DNA of 64,000 nucleotides, from assembly GCA_012295275.1 (NCBI GenBank), contig CM022671.1, positions 29,574,001 through 29,638,000 of the forward strand, given 5' to 3'. The stretch comes from Chrysomallon squamiferum (lineage: Eukaryota; Animalia; Mollusca). Below are positions 38,606 to 52,152 of the stretch, piece by piece (the first letter of the stretch is position 1; every line of letters begins with the position of its first letter). The notes below the pieces were generated by a model, which worked only from the letters and a program-made list of their open reading frames with translations, had not been told where the DNA came from and did no database searches. The position numbers were made by a program, and so were the translations under genes.

Positions 38606-40034
38606 CAGTGATGTGTTCTCTCTTAGAGACATGGACAGAAATAATAACTTTCAGTTCTAGACAATTTAACAGAAGACACTGTGTATAATCTAGTGAACAT
38701 TTTGTCTTCTTTATTAATAAAAGCATAATTAATACCTACTCAGATTTAATGATTTATTTATTTTTATAACCTCCTCTCCCTTTATTGAAATCTACATTAT
38801 ATTTATATTTGCAATCTGCATGTATTTCAGTTCACTGGTAGGTAATTCTTGTAGAACAGAGAACAATGTAATAAAGTATAAATATTGGGTTAACTCCCTT
38901 TAATTAGAAGACCATTATCGTTTCTGGCTATAGTGTAAAATTTATAATTTAGCATAAAAAAATAAAAAAATTATTTCTCATTTATATTTCTTCTTTTTTT
39001 CATTTCTGTTCGGGATGCAGTTATTTTTCTTTTCGAGTGGAGATGGCAGACAAAAATATATATTAAAAAAGAAAGAAAAAGAAGATAAACACTATCTAAC
39101 ATATTTAGTAATGAAAATAATAACAACAGTAATGGATTCTGTTTCGTTCATTTTATCGATATTTTCATTAAGAGCATAAACATAAAATTAGCATATAAAA
39201 ATATATATATACATATATTTTAAATTACTCTTAACTAACAAAAGTTGTATTCACAATGAATAACTGTAATATTTTTCTTAATAAGAAATCCAAGTAACAA
39301 AATAATAAATAAAAGAAAATAAAAGAAAATAAAAGAAATGACTAAGAGCATAACAAGGAGGAAAAAATAATTTTATCTTCTAGAAAAAGTAAGAAATGTA
39401 AACATTATAACAATGAGTAGGAATGCAAATATACATACATATGCATATATAGATATATATATATATTTGATGCAAATTAATCGTGATATGTTTAAGATTC
39501 CATTAATATCGATTATTTCAAGTTACGAAAGACATTTCCATCAATATTCAGATATGCGTTAACCAATCAGAAAAAGCATATACTGCAAGAACAAAAACCG
39601 TTCATTATTAAGAAGAATAAAAAAAGAGGACACACACACATATATACATATATACATAGATATAAAAGTAATTACATGTATATAAAAGTGAATAATTATC
39701 TTCATTCCAATAACAGTAGATATCTAGCGACGTAACGCTTTCAGACATTTTTAGTTCCTGAGAACAGTAAATACCTACAGGAAACTTTTTTATTATTAGT
39801 AGTAGTAGTAGTAGTAGTAAAGAATAAAAGAAATAAAAATAAAAGAATCTGAAAATGTTACGCATGATTAATCTGTTATCGTGTAAAACCTATAATGAAA
39901 TATATTTAAATCTGATGTTTATTATATTTTATATAATGTGTAAAAAAGGAAACATAAATAAAACAATTTTGTTATTTAAAAAATTTGAGATTTTTTTTGA
40001 ATTTTTCTTATAAATAAGATTCCTAACAAATTTA

Positions 40035-40075
<41 letters not shown>

Positions 40076-41275
40076 GTAATAATATGAGACATATACACAT
40101 TTAGATAAAGTATTATGAGATTATCGTTTTATTTTAAAGTACATTTTGTAGTGGGACTATCAAAATACACACAGTTACAAACACCCGTTCTACATACATA
40201 AAAACAAGTTGTATTACATTTATTAAAAAAATAATTTTTGTAGTCGCAACGTCTGAAAATACTTTGGATATAAACATTATCTTTGGTGAATACTTAACAG
40301 AGAAACTTGGGTACAAAGAAACTACTGGAAAATTAAATGCATCTGAAATACATTTAATAATAATAGTAATAATAATAATACTAATACATTTTAAAAATAA
40401 TATTCTGCAAAAATATTACTGAAAAATGATACGCATTAATCTATATTAGCGTCATATTCTGTACCCGCATCCAAATTCTAAATGAAATAAAACAGTGATT
40501 AGCGTTATCTACATATATTTACTGTGCTAAAGATATAGATATGTGAGCCAGAAGTAACTTGCACCATTTTGAACACACATCTTAAACCTCTACACATCTA
40601 CATGATACCCTTAATATTTTGATAATCATTTGATGTCACAAGCAGCAAATGTAGTTTCTGAAAAATGCTTAATATTGTACATACACGAGGAGTATCTGTA
40701 TTTTAAATGAAAGAGATTAAATTGTTTGTGTGTGTGGATGTGTGTGTACGTATATATTTATGTATGTCGATATGCAGTGAAACTGGTCTTTACAGTAATT
40801 GAAAGTCTGCCATGTGATTTTATGATGAGAGTATCCGTGCGGTAATCAGAAGAAATTTTCTTTAATTTAAAAAAACTTATTTTTTTAAAAATTATACACA
40901 CTGTATTTCACTTATTATTCGAAATATTAAATAGTTAACATAGCGTGAAGCAAACATTAACAGCACTCCTATGTATGCACGCACACACACACACTGCTAC
41001 ATGCATTGTGACAGACAAATTTTAAAACATAGTTTTAAAACATGTTATGTCTTCTTGTTGTATTAACAACACAGATATTTAATATCCAAGATCTGTTAAT
41101 TTTCACACGATATGTTTTTGCACGTTTTCTCCATTAAGCCATTATGCTTTCAAATTCTAAACTTAATTGTTTTTAAAGTATGACATTCAGCAGACCAAAT
41201 CACTACAGGTTCTTTTTCTCTTTTTTTTTTTCTTCATAAAATAAAAAAAAAGACAACAAAGTTTTATGAGATTCA

Positions 41276-41797
41276 TCACACACTGTTCATGATATCCCCG
41301 TGGCCCCTGCATTCCTCGGGCGTGTTGTGCAGGGCCGTGGCCAGACTTTCCAGCTCCCGCAACCCTTCTGAATGACGCTCGTATTTATGGGCCACTAATT
41401 TCTTGTAGAACACCAAGGAAAAGGTAATAAACAACACGCAGGCTGGGATCACGATGATTGTCGAAGCGATGGCCGCGTTCCTGCTGATTCTGTAGAATTT
41501 AACCCAGCACAGGATGGCTATTTCAGCCAAGAACAGCAAAATGCCGACGCCCGTGGAACAAATCCACGCGATTTCGATGCACACCCGCATCGCCTCGTGC
41601 GGCGACTCGTTCACCGCTGCGATGTTGTGGACGTTGCTGACAGCTTCAATGTTCGGGACAATGCACGTGCTGATCATGAGCGCCATCAAATGGACGGTAA
41701 CAAGCAGGGTGGTGCACACCCCAAATAAGATGAGGAGTGCGTCGGGGATTGGTTTTGTACCCGCTGGTTGGTCGATCTGAACCTCCACCATGGCAAC
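41276..41797 (-). CDS. ORAI: Orai (CRAC channel pore subunit) exon 2
   Basis: TTTTTCAG acceptor; VAMVEVQ (selectivity Glu), VHLMALMISTCIVPNIEAV, ESPH, LFLAEIAILCWVKF; stop at 41278-41276. Confidence 0.97.
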   Translation of the reverse strand, partial: VAMVEVQIDQPAGTKPIPDALLILFGVCTTLLVTVHLMALMISTCIVPNIEAVSNVHNIAAVNESPHEAMRVCIEIAWICSTGVGILLFLAEIAILCWVKFYRISRNAAIASTIIVIPACVLFITFSLVFYKKLVAHKYERHSEGLRELESLATALHNTPEECRGHGDIMNSV

Positions 41798-42997
41798 CTG
41801 AAAAACAATGGGGAGAATGTGAGGGAAAAGGCAAATTAAAGGAAAATGTATTAGAAAGTAATAATTTAAAATAAATTAATAAATAACAGTTATCTACAGT
41901 CAACAGTGAAGCATGTAGTCAGATAAAACAGCTTTCTCATTAACATTGTAAATATAAATTCTTTATTTTTTTGACATTATTATCTTTCTGAATGCTACCA
42001 GAAAGACTCAAGGCACATTATCTTTGTTAGGCGATCAAGTTCGGCATTATCTGAAGTAAAAAAAAAGAAGATATTTTGTCGTGTACGCTGATAAAAGAAA
42101 GTGAAATATTCATGTCATTCTGAAAAGGATTTCACTTTATTTTTCATTACATATTTATAACTGTGTTTTAATATTTATTACGACTGAAGCGGCATAAAAA
42201 GACATCATCAAAAACCGAAATGAAAACGTTATCATCACTAATATTAAACAAAGGCACGAATCTATTAATAAAGGAATTTTTAAAACACAAACCATTCTAA
42301 TGTCATATATTAAATTAAATGTGTTTGTTAATTTAATTAACAAATTATTTATTTCTGCTAATTGTTACTGGCAATAACGTATTGCTGGCTATTTAGTGAA
42401 CAAAAGGCTCAACTAAGAACGTTCAACCTAGTATAGCGATTTTATAATCAGTTACTAGTCTGCATGCTTTAGAAACAACTTATAACCACCTTCAGAATAA
42501 TAACATAAACAATGAAATCTGTGATTGAAAAACACAGTGTATGTACAATGAAACCCGCTGGCGCTTGATACCGTGTGTAATAACGAGAATGCTGACAACA
42601 GTGATCTTTATTTTTAATTTCTTCATTTATTTTACTTTATTTTAATTTTTTGTTTTTTTTTTCTCTCTCTATTTTCTTTCCAGTAAACAGAAGCATAATC
42701 TACTCCCTGCAGTTGTATGCAAAATACTCCAGTTAGTAAAGATTGGTCTGTTTGGCAGCATTATTGTGTTGGATATATATTACTAAGACTCTCAATTTAT
42801 GATTCATTACAGACAGATATGTCAGCATTAAAAAGGGTCAAGGACATCCGTGGTCTGTCCTCCTCTACATCAGGCTATGGCACATATTGTTATGAGTAAC
42901 AATGAATTATCTTTCAAAATAAACGCAGTTTTTTTCACAGTCGGTCTAAATAAAATATGTTGATAGTAATAATAACCAAATTATAAACAAATTACGG

Positions 42998-43051
<54 letters not shown>

Positions 43052-44128
43052 AAAAAGTAACAATAGATATGTTAGTGAGTACTAATAATTAGGTTTTGCT
43101 GTTTCTGTAGAGCAGGAGGTGTTTAACTGAAAAAATTGTGCTGGCTGGATAAAAAGGTAAAACAGAGTACATTTAATAAATCTAGCATACAATTCTAGCT
43201 TGATTGAATAACCTCACATCACTGAAAATGTTTCAAAAACTAATAAATTAATAGGGTTTTTTTTTTGTTGTTGTTGTTTTCTTCTTCTAAAATATGAAAA
43301 GCAATAAAATATTTTTTAAAATCAACAGGAAACAACAACACTTCTCTTGTGTTGAAATTCGTTTAATGATCTTTCCAACTTTTCTCCAGATTGCTGAATT
43401 TTTCATCATTTTATCCATGACCATTCATCCATGAGGAGTAATAGTGTAGTCTCAAAATCGTGTGAATGTTTATTGGCTATGGTATTAGTTTCTAAATTAT
43501 TTGCACTCTTTATACATTTTATATAAATAAATTAAAATTAAAACTAGCAACGACGACAATAACAACAGCCGAAGAAGAAGAACAACAACAACAAGAAGGA
43601 AAAGGAAAAAGGAAAAATGTAACCAGACTGACCAAATTATCAAAGTAAAGTTTTTTTTCTTTTGTACATAAAGAAAGAAACGAGGTTGTTCGATCGTTTC
43701 ATAAAAGCCAACAATCAGCTGTGGAGCTATGAAGTTCGCTCGATGTAAGCCAAGTTGTTCGGCTGCTGTTATACAAAGTACTGACCAATCAAATGCCAGT
43801 GAACATACACGTGGCGTAACGGTAAAGTTGCAGTACATCGTACCCGTTAGCATAAGATAGCTTTTGTTATAAATTTCGCTAGTCTCGTTCGCATTTTTTG
43901 TTTTGTTCTCATGGCGTCTGATTTCTAATAATGTAACAATAGATACTAGTTTTTAAGAAATGATATATATATATATATATATATATAAATATTTTTTTTT
44001 TTTTCGTCAGTGACTCTTATAGCATAATGCATTACTATTTGAAGCTTTTTAACAACAATAATTATATTAATAAAAGCACCAGAACATCGCAAATCGGTTT
44101 TAATGTTTCTTCCTTTTCCTAATAATAA

Positions 44129-44159
<31 letters not shown>

Positions 44160-44405
44160 AAGAAGAAGAAGAAGGAAGGAGGAGGAGGAGGAGGAGGAGC
44201 AGGAGGAAGAGGAGCAGGTTGAGAAAAGATATTTCGAAAAATAAATACAATTTTTATAATCATTGTTCCATTTATTTATTTACTTATTAGTTTATTTTAA
44301 TATATATGCATGTACAATGGAATTTACGTTGAAATCGAATAAACAGAATAAAATATTCTAATATAAATATTAATTCACTACATTAAAAGTGAGAAAGAAA
44401 TACAG

Positions 44406-44442
<37 letters not shown>

Positions 44443-45340
44443 CTTTTTGTGGAAAAAAAAATTCAGAAATATTGTTAGGCTTTAACATTTTATTGGCGTT
44501 ATCTATAGACACTCGATATATTTTTTAGTTTATTCTTTTTTCTTATATAAAAAGAAGAAATACCTTCATCATCTTTACTTTTATAACCATAACTCTTTAA
44601 TAAATCAAAACATCTTTGTTTATAAACATATGGACATACAAATCATAACATTGCTTATTTAAACTATTCATGAAATTTAATATTTTATTGAGTCTACAAG
44701 TTATAAATTTTAAGAGCTTATTACAAAAAATAAAATATTAGCAATGTCACTGGTTGATAATTAATATTCATATAAATAATTAATGGCACAGTTAACAATA
44801 ATATGACTCACAATCTGAGATTCTACATTACTGCTTTCAGCACACTGCTTCATTATAAACTTTATTAAAATTGTTCCAATCTAGTGATGTAAAACGTTTA
44901 AAATTACTTTAAAAAGAAATAATGTTCGGTTTTAAAACATTATTCATGTATGCATAATTGTGTGTGTGTGTGTAATTTGAGTGAAATGTTATTGTACTGT
45001 TACCAACTCTTTATGAAAACTCTCCTAGATATATGTTATTGCTGTGTTGATACTTATTCATTCATTCATTCATTTATTATTTTATCAACGCTTTACGTTC
45101 CGAATTAACGACAAGGTGGGGTGGGCAACGCCTTCATTATTATTATCTTAAGAAGTTCTTCAAAACAATCATGGACTGAATTATAAACAGTCATAGGTAA
45201 AAGGGAAATGAAAGGCAGAGAAAGAAGGGGCGACGGTTGAAAAATAGACAAAAGTGTACTGAAAGCGAAGAATGGAGCTGCTGTCTCCTATTCGAAAGAA
45301 AATTTATTTTATAGTCTTAAGTTATACAACTGTCACTTAC

Positions 45341-45604
45341 CATTGCGAAACCGGAAAGCAAAGCTGATGTTCTACTAGATGCTTTTAATTTCGCTCTGCT
45401 GAGGTAAAGTCGCCGCCAAGAAAGAGCCTGGTTAGTGTGTAAATCCGACATTCTTTTCACATACGAGTCAAATAACCACTGTTCGTATGTTTCGGAAATA
45501 TTCTGCATCGATACAAAGCTGTCGATGGTTACAGACGCCGGCTTTCGTCGGATTCGTAACTCCAATTGTGTACTAACCACATATTGTGCACTCGACGTAA
45601 ACAT
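45341..45604 (-). CDS. ORAI: Orai exon 1 (start codon uncertain)
   Basis: [30 protein letters not shown]|GTAAGT, phase 0 into exon 2. 261 aa from ATG 45604; downstream Mets are alternatives. Confidence 0.93.
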
Positions 45605-45779
45605 TGAGCGGGCCCCGACATACGCATGCTCGCAGGTACCCGATGGTGATAGTTGTACAGTGTATTCTGTTTAAGCTTTTGTTACGTTAGTCGATCAAAA
45701 CATGTTTAGTCTGATTTTATTATTATTGTCATTATCGTTATTGTTCTTGTTGTTACTTGCTTTATGAAGTATAACAATG

Positions 45780-45854
<75 letters not shown>

Positions 45855-46030
45855 ATGACTACAAATACATAAAAATTGATTACTATGTTAATAATGTTGC
45901 TACTTTTTAATGATAAAAATTATTTTTTTGAAATTGTCTTGTTCACAGAATATTCTAATTTTCTTATTAGTTCAGATATTGCTTTGTTTTCTTTTTAATC
46001 TTTTCAGTCTATCATGTTTATCAAACGTAA

Positions 46031-46061
<31 letters not shown>

Positions 46062-46189
46062 CATACGTTTTCATCAGTATTTGTTTGACTATTAATTTAA
46101 TTCTGAACGTTCAACGGTCATAGTAGTATTAATGCAAAACTATTCTAAAACGTCGTATAGTGTATAGCATCGTTTTTACAAAAGCCCTC

Positions 46190-46331
46190 AACCAATCACG
46201 TGATTAAGCTCGATCTGTGACGTCAGATTACTCTTGTACACAAAAAAGTTCGATAGGTAGTTGAAAGTATTTATTAATACTATAAGAAGTTGGATTTTAC
46301 AGATCATTAGAACATCGCTGCGCACGCGAAG
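46190..46331. promoter_or_regulatory. Bidirectional promoter between Orai and KDM2
   Basis: CCAAT 46192-46196, palindrome AATCACGTGATT 46194-46205 (E-box), full CRE TGACGTCA 46218-46225, and a CpG-rich stretch before ATG 46332. Confidence 0.7.
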
Positions 46332-46364
46332 ATGACTGATCCTTCAGACTGTGGCCGTAATTTG
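46332..46364 (+). CDS. KDM2: KDM2 probable first coding exon (MTDPSDCGRNL)
   Basis: AAGATGA start context, donor TTG|GTAGGT in phase 0; splicing gives GRNL|RTKERRLY, resembling KDM2A QRL-RGTMRRRY. Confidence 0.7.
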
Positions 46365-47380
46365 GTAGGTTAAGAGATTTTCAGCAAGTTTGAACTGTTA
46401 GAAGTCGCCGTCTATCACGCGTATTCAGCAGCCATTTTGTTGTTTCAAACCATGTTTCCACTGCAGGTGATGAAAGAAATTTGAAGCAAAAATACAAAAT
46501 GTATTTCAAAACCCACAAACAAATATTGAAAATTAAAGATAATCCATTCGTCAGAAGTTTCATATAGAAAATCTGCCCAGTTTGCTTGTTTCGTGTTCAA
46601 TTTTCTTTTATTACGTTCAGTAAAATGCATTGCTTCCCATAACAAGCGCTTTGGTATGTTTTTGTTTTGAAAGTCGGACTTTAAAAAGCTTACAACTCGT
46701 TTAATACCTTTCAGACATACGTTTTGTTTGGACAGTTTTCTTGATAATTTTCTGAACTTTCTTTTGATATATAATGTGTCAAATGATTTTATGATTTGAA
46801 GAAAATGACTCTTGAAAAGCAAATGCTAGCACGAAATTCACCTTACTGGCGGGATAATGTAAACGACCAGATTTTTTTTTCGAGTGGTAGACGAAATTTT
46901 CTTATATCTTGTCCGTTTTGCATATATTTGTTATTTTTACACACACATCAGTTAGGAATAAGGTTTTGCCAACTTTTTCATGTAAAAAATACCAAATTTG
47001 ATATTTATAATTCATTTTAATCAGTTTCTTTCGATTACGTTATTTGTGTGCTATTTCTCACGTACGCAATTATGAATTTTCAAATATTTTGAAATATTTT
47101 GTTTTTAATTGTAAATTTATGTTAAATATGATGCAAATTTGTTAAAAACTATATATTATGATTATATTTCATAATGCAATTAAAAATGTAACGAAATAAT
47201 TTTAGTTTCTAATGTTATTGTTCAAATGAAATTGTGTACATTAAGATTTCTGATTGCATCTTACAAAGTCGCTTGACTAAAACACACAAATATTGGAATT
47301 AAAAATGATCCCTGAACCTGGTCTGGGTTTACAATTCGCACTTTTCCGTTTTTAAAATGTTAAAAAAAATATGGGGGACA

Positions 47381-47414
<34 letters not shown>

Positions 47415-50400
47415 TTAATTTTTAATTTTTTTTTCTTTCTTGTTTTTCAATTTGTGCAGTAATTATTTTTGTTACATTTTGAGTTAAACCTGATGTTTAA
47501 AACCAGATTTCAGTAAACAAACATACAAGTAGTGTGTTTTTGTCTATGGCTGCTTTGTTATATATTAAATTTCGATAATTCCGGTAATACAATATTACTA
47601 TATACAGCAGCTACTGAAACTGATCAACAGACCATTATGAGTATACTGTAGTGAGAATTTTTTTTACTTTATTTTGGTTCATACTGTGATGTCGGCTAAA
47701 TTCGTCACGTAGTCGGTGCTGTGCTAGATATGTAAAAGATAACTGTAAATAAACTTAATCGATATCCAGTATAGGAAGAAAAAAATTTGATATCCTTAAT
47801 TTTGTGGATTTTAGCACCTATGTATTATAACTCATATTTTCGTGATCAGCCATCTTGATACGTCTGAGTATTTCCACTGAAAGTAGTACAAGTCATATTT
47901 TGTCAAACACGATCGATTCTAATTACCCAAATACTTCCTTGACCTTCTTAGGTTGAGGCTTTTTTCCGTCTCGATCAGGCATTTGTTATTAACGGCAGGG
48001 GGTGGCTCAGTAATTAGTCTTTCGTTTGTTTGAGAAGCAGACGAAATTGCGGAATACAATGTGAATACTTTTTAAGTGTTCACTATACAGAAATAATTTA
48101 AATAAGGTTTGTTTAATTTATGTTACAAAGCACCGTCAGATTTATTACTGAAAAGTACAGTATTACCAAGAAACGGTGTTCTTGTGATAAAGGTTTCGTT
48201 ATCACTGTTCTTTTGTAAATTCGTTTTTGTAATGGACCAAAGAAGAAAATAGCATTAAAAGAATAGAGGTAAAAAAAAAAAAAAAAATATGTTACAGTAT
48301 CATCACATTAGTGTATAATACTCTCTGCATATATAAGTTATTTCAGGAATCTGATAGGACAGTGACATAAAAAAAAAAAAAAAAAAAATTGACATTAGTA
48401 AATTAAACAAAACCTCCATTAGAATTCAGTTATATAGTTTTGAGTAAGTTCTATAAGCATCAGAATACAAAGTGTGAAGCTCTAATGTAAATGTAGATAA
48501 ATTAAGCTACGATTTGTATATTTTCTATATCTGTTACACACTGTAAGGTTTCACTGCTCACTTCTAAGGAGAATTTGACCTATTGTCAGTCATCAGCTTA
48601 TCGGACAAGTTTTCATCAAAAAATAAAATAAATATAATAATAACTGAAATAATTGTTTAAAACTACATCTAACGGAAGAAAGCCGACTTGGACAGACAGA
48701 AGTTTTTGTTTCAAAACATAATAATAATAATAATAAAAAAAAAAAATAAAAAATAATAAGATATCTGTTGAAATATAAAGTTAGTACTTTATATTAACAA
48801 CGTTGCTTTTCACAGCTCGGTTTAAACCTTGAAGTTTTCTTTTTCTTTTGAAACATTATTATTAATTTTAAAATTTTAAAAATGAAAAAAATTCTTCTTT
48901 TTATAATCAAGACTGTTTCTAGAATTAAACGTATTCCATATTGATAATTGGAAGAAAAAAAATCGAGAATTGGGAACATTTTTTATTCTTGTCTGTGAGG
49001 ATTTTCAAAGATGTACGTAAAAAAAAAAAAAAAAAAACTTCAAGAAGCCATTACTAAATTTGAATATAAAAGACGCTATGCCTCGATTGATTTGAATTGA
49101 ATTTGTGCAGTGAAAGTTAAATGGATTTGTTTACGGGTTTGAGCGCCAAGTTCATGGCCTTTTTTGAAAAGTCGACTAGTTGATGTTACAGCCATTTCCA
49201 ATGTAACAGAAATCCTCACTTTTGTTACAAACACTTCAAATTCGTTGTAGTACTTGGTACAATAGTATTTATGTGTGTAAAAAAAAATAAAAATAAAACA
49301 GATCAGTAATTTAATACTGTGTCTTGTGCGAGTACAATACTTGTAACGAAATATTTTGATTTTAAATTTTATTAAAAAAAAAAAATGTGTCTACACATTT
49401 TTGGCTCTTGTCAGTTTTTTGGAACGAAACGTTCTTGATAACTAATATTAGAAGTTCTGTCTCAGCAAAAAAGTATATTCCTTTTCATTTCATTGTGTAA
49501 AGAAGAATGTGACTTTTTATTTCATGATAAAAACGAAAATTGTTTCATTTTATTTCACAGAATTGCCAAAATTATTATTTTTGTAGTATAACAAAAAGAT
49601 TTGCTTCATTTTCTTTTCGTGGTGTAGCAGAATGGTATGTTTCATTTTATTTTCGTCGTATAATAGAAAGTATATTGTAACGTATGTTTTTGCATCAATT
49701 CCTTGGTATATCGGAAGTTGTCTTTTTATTTCATTAAGGAATTTTAATTCAGTTTACAATAGAAACGTAACTAATAATCAGAATTGCAGAGGTAACAGAT
49801 TTTAAAAAGTTATTAAATAAAAATGTATTACACGCACACGCACACACATCCACATATGCAGAGATGTTTGAAAATCATTGATTTTAGTAAACTCCATCGT
49901 ATCATAGAGGTAACTGCCAGTTTTTATATAAAATTTACTTGATTTAGACTTAACAAGATCACAAAGCATCTTAGAATTTAAATAAATTTGGCCTTTCAGT
50001 AATGACAAATAGTAAATGTGCATTTTAAAACAGAAAATGATTTTGGTAAAAAAAAAAAAAAAAAGCCTTAAGATGGTAATTAATGTCCGTTTATCCTTAC
50101 AAAGAGATCTTGTGTTGCATGTAAAACAATAAGTTTCCGTTTGAAAATCAACTGTGTCAAAATAAACAAAGTAATAAAGATGCATGAAAAGTAACGATGA
50201 ATACGAGTCATTGATATCCTTATGAATACAAATAATAATTTCTGGTTATTAGAAATTCAGGTACGATAAACGTGTTTTTTGTTGTACAGGGTACATTTTA
50301 TGTTTACATACAATTCTTGTCTTGACCTAAATGTACACAATTGCTCCTGCGTAGTGTTGATAATAAGTATCGATATTAAGTCTCATACTTGTCTATTTCT

Positions 50401-51229
50401 GAATGTAAGTAGGGAAGCAGTGTTAGAAGGTAATCTAGTACTTTGAACTGAAGTCTTTACAAGTTTACCACTTTATAAGAAGCTTTTTGATATGTAAAAT
50501 ACTATTCTTAGCTGGAGGCTTTTTGTATTTGCATCTCAGGTTTTCTATATCCGATTGTCTTTGATGTCAGGCTTTTAAAAAATATGTTCAAGCTGTAATA
50601 AATATTTTAAGTTTGAAATTTATATTCATGTTTTCATGTCAAAAAGTTATATTTGTCATAACGAATGAAATGATGTGGTGAAATATATTCAGTTAAATGA
50701 GATGTACATAAACAACCCTTATAACAGTTTGAACATGGGAATGTGAACTACATGCGCGTGTATGCGTGTTCCCGCGCATTTACATGTGCAACGCTTATGA
50801 CGGACGGAAAGAGAAAATAGAGAAATGATAGGCCTGTATAGGATGCAGTTTAATTAATTTAGCTGAAACGTAAAAACGAGTTTCTCTGGCTTGTAGAAAT
50901 GGGTCTCTTTGTGACAGCATTTGCATCACGTGTCAGCTAGTATAAAGAAAATCTCAATCGTTTGTTCGCTTGGAATACAATCTGCTCGTACTGACAAAGG
51001 AATTGCAAGAGGCGATGCTACATCTGTCACCGTGTTGCCCAAGGGACACTCCTTCGCAACTTGCTTTCACGTGTTTCTAAGCGAAATTTTCTTCTTTAAA
51101 ACTGATTAATTTCCAAATCTTTGAAAATTGCAGGTGGATGAGAAATGTAAAGTTAAACGTTTCACAAAGTTTTATTTGTCTTCATGTTGAAAATATTGGT
51201 TCAGAACACAAGATACGGCAGCAATTGAG

Positions 51230-51265
<36 letters not shown>

Positions 51266-51795
51266 ACTGAGTTTATGTATAAATTTGTGATATTCTTTAT
51301 TTCTTAACTAATGTTTCAAGAGGAAGATGTTAACATTGTTATATTTGATTTTTTAATTTTAAAAAAAATTTTAAAATGTTTTTATAATTAATCTAATGAT
51401 TATACATTAATTTATTTTAAAATTTAGATTTTACAGAGTTTATAAAACTATAATTTTTTATAAGTTATCGTACAAAGTATTTGTGGATTATACACGTACA
51501 TATTCCGCATTCATTTATATATACATACTCAACATACCAGGCATGTTAACATACTTTATACAGTTGAATGCACATAAGCTATTAATATATGTTAATAAGT
51601 GTAGGGAGAAATAATTAGATTTTATATAATCAACAAGAAATTTTTGAAAAATATTGTTACACTAGAAAGTTCAGAAAATTGGTGAATATCAGAAAAAAAT
51701 GGCGAAATTAAATAATATTTGTAAATATTTTTGATTTTTAGCCATATTTGAAAACGGAATATTTAAGTATATTGTTTTCCTTTGTTTTTATTTAC

Positions 51796-52152
<357 letters not shown>

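Noticed and set aside
41514-41903. Antisense and alternative-frame ORFs over Orai exon 2 (likewise 24435-24662, 36277-36534, 45435-45674)
   Set aside because: By-products of GC-richer coding sequence on the opposite strand or frame.
46445-46822. 125-aa Lys-rich minus-strand ORF near the KDM2 first exon
   Set aside because: Non-ATG start, composition explained by T-rich intron sequence, no motif recognised.
47995-48060. tRNA or SINE suggested by the A-box-like GGTGGCTCAGT
   Set aside because: No B-box (GTTCRA) at proper spacing and no cloverleaf; no tRNA, rRNA or snRNA gene was recognised anywhere in the window.
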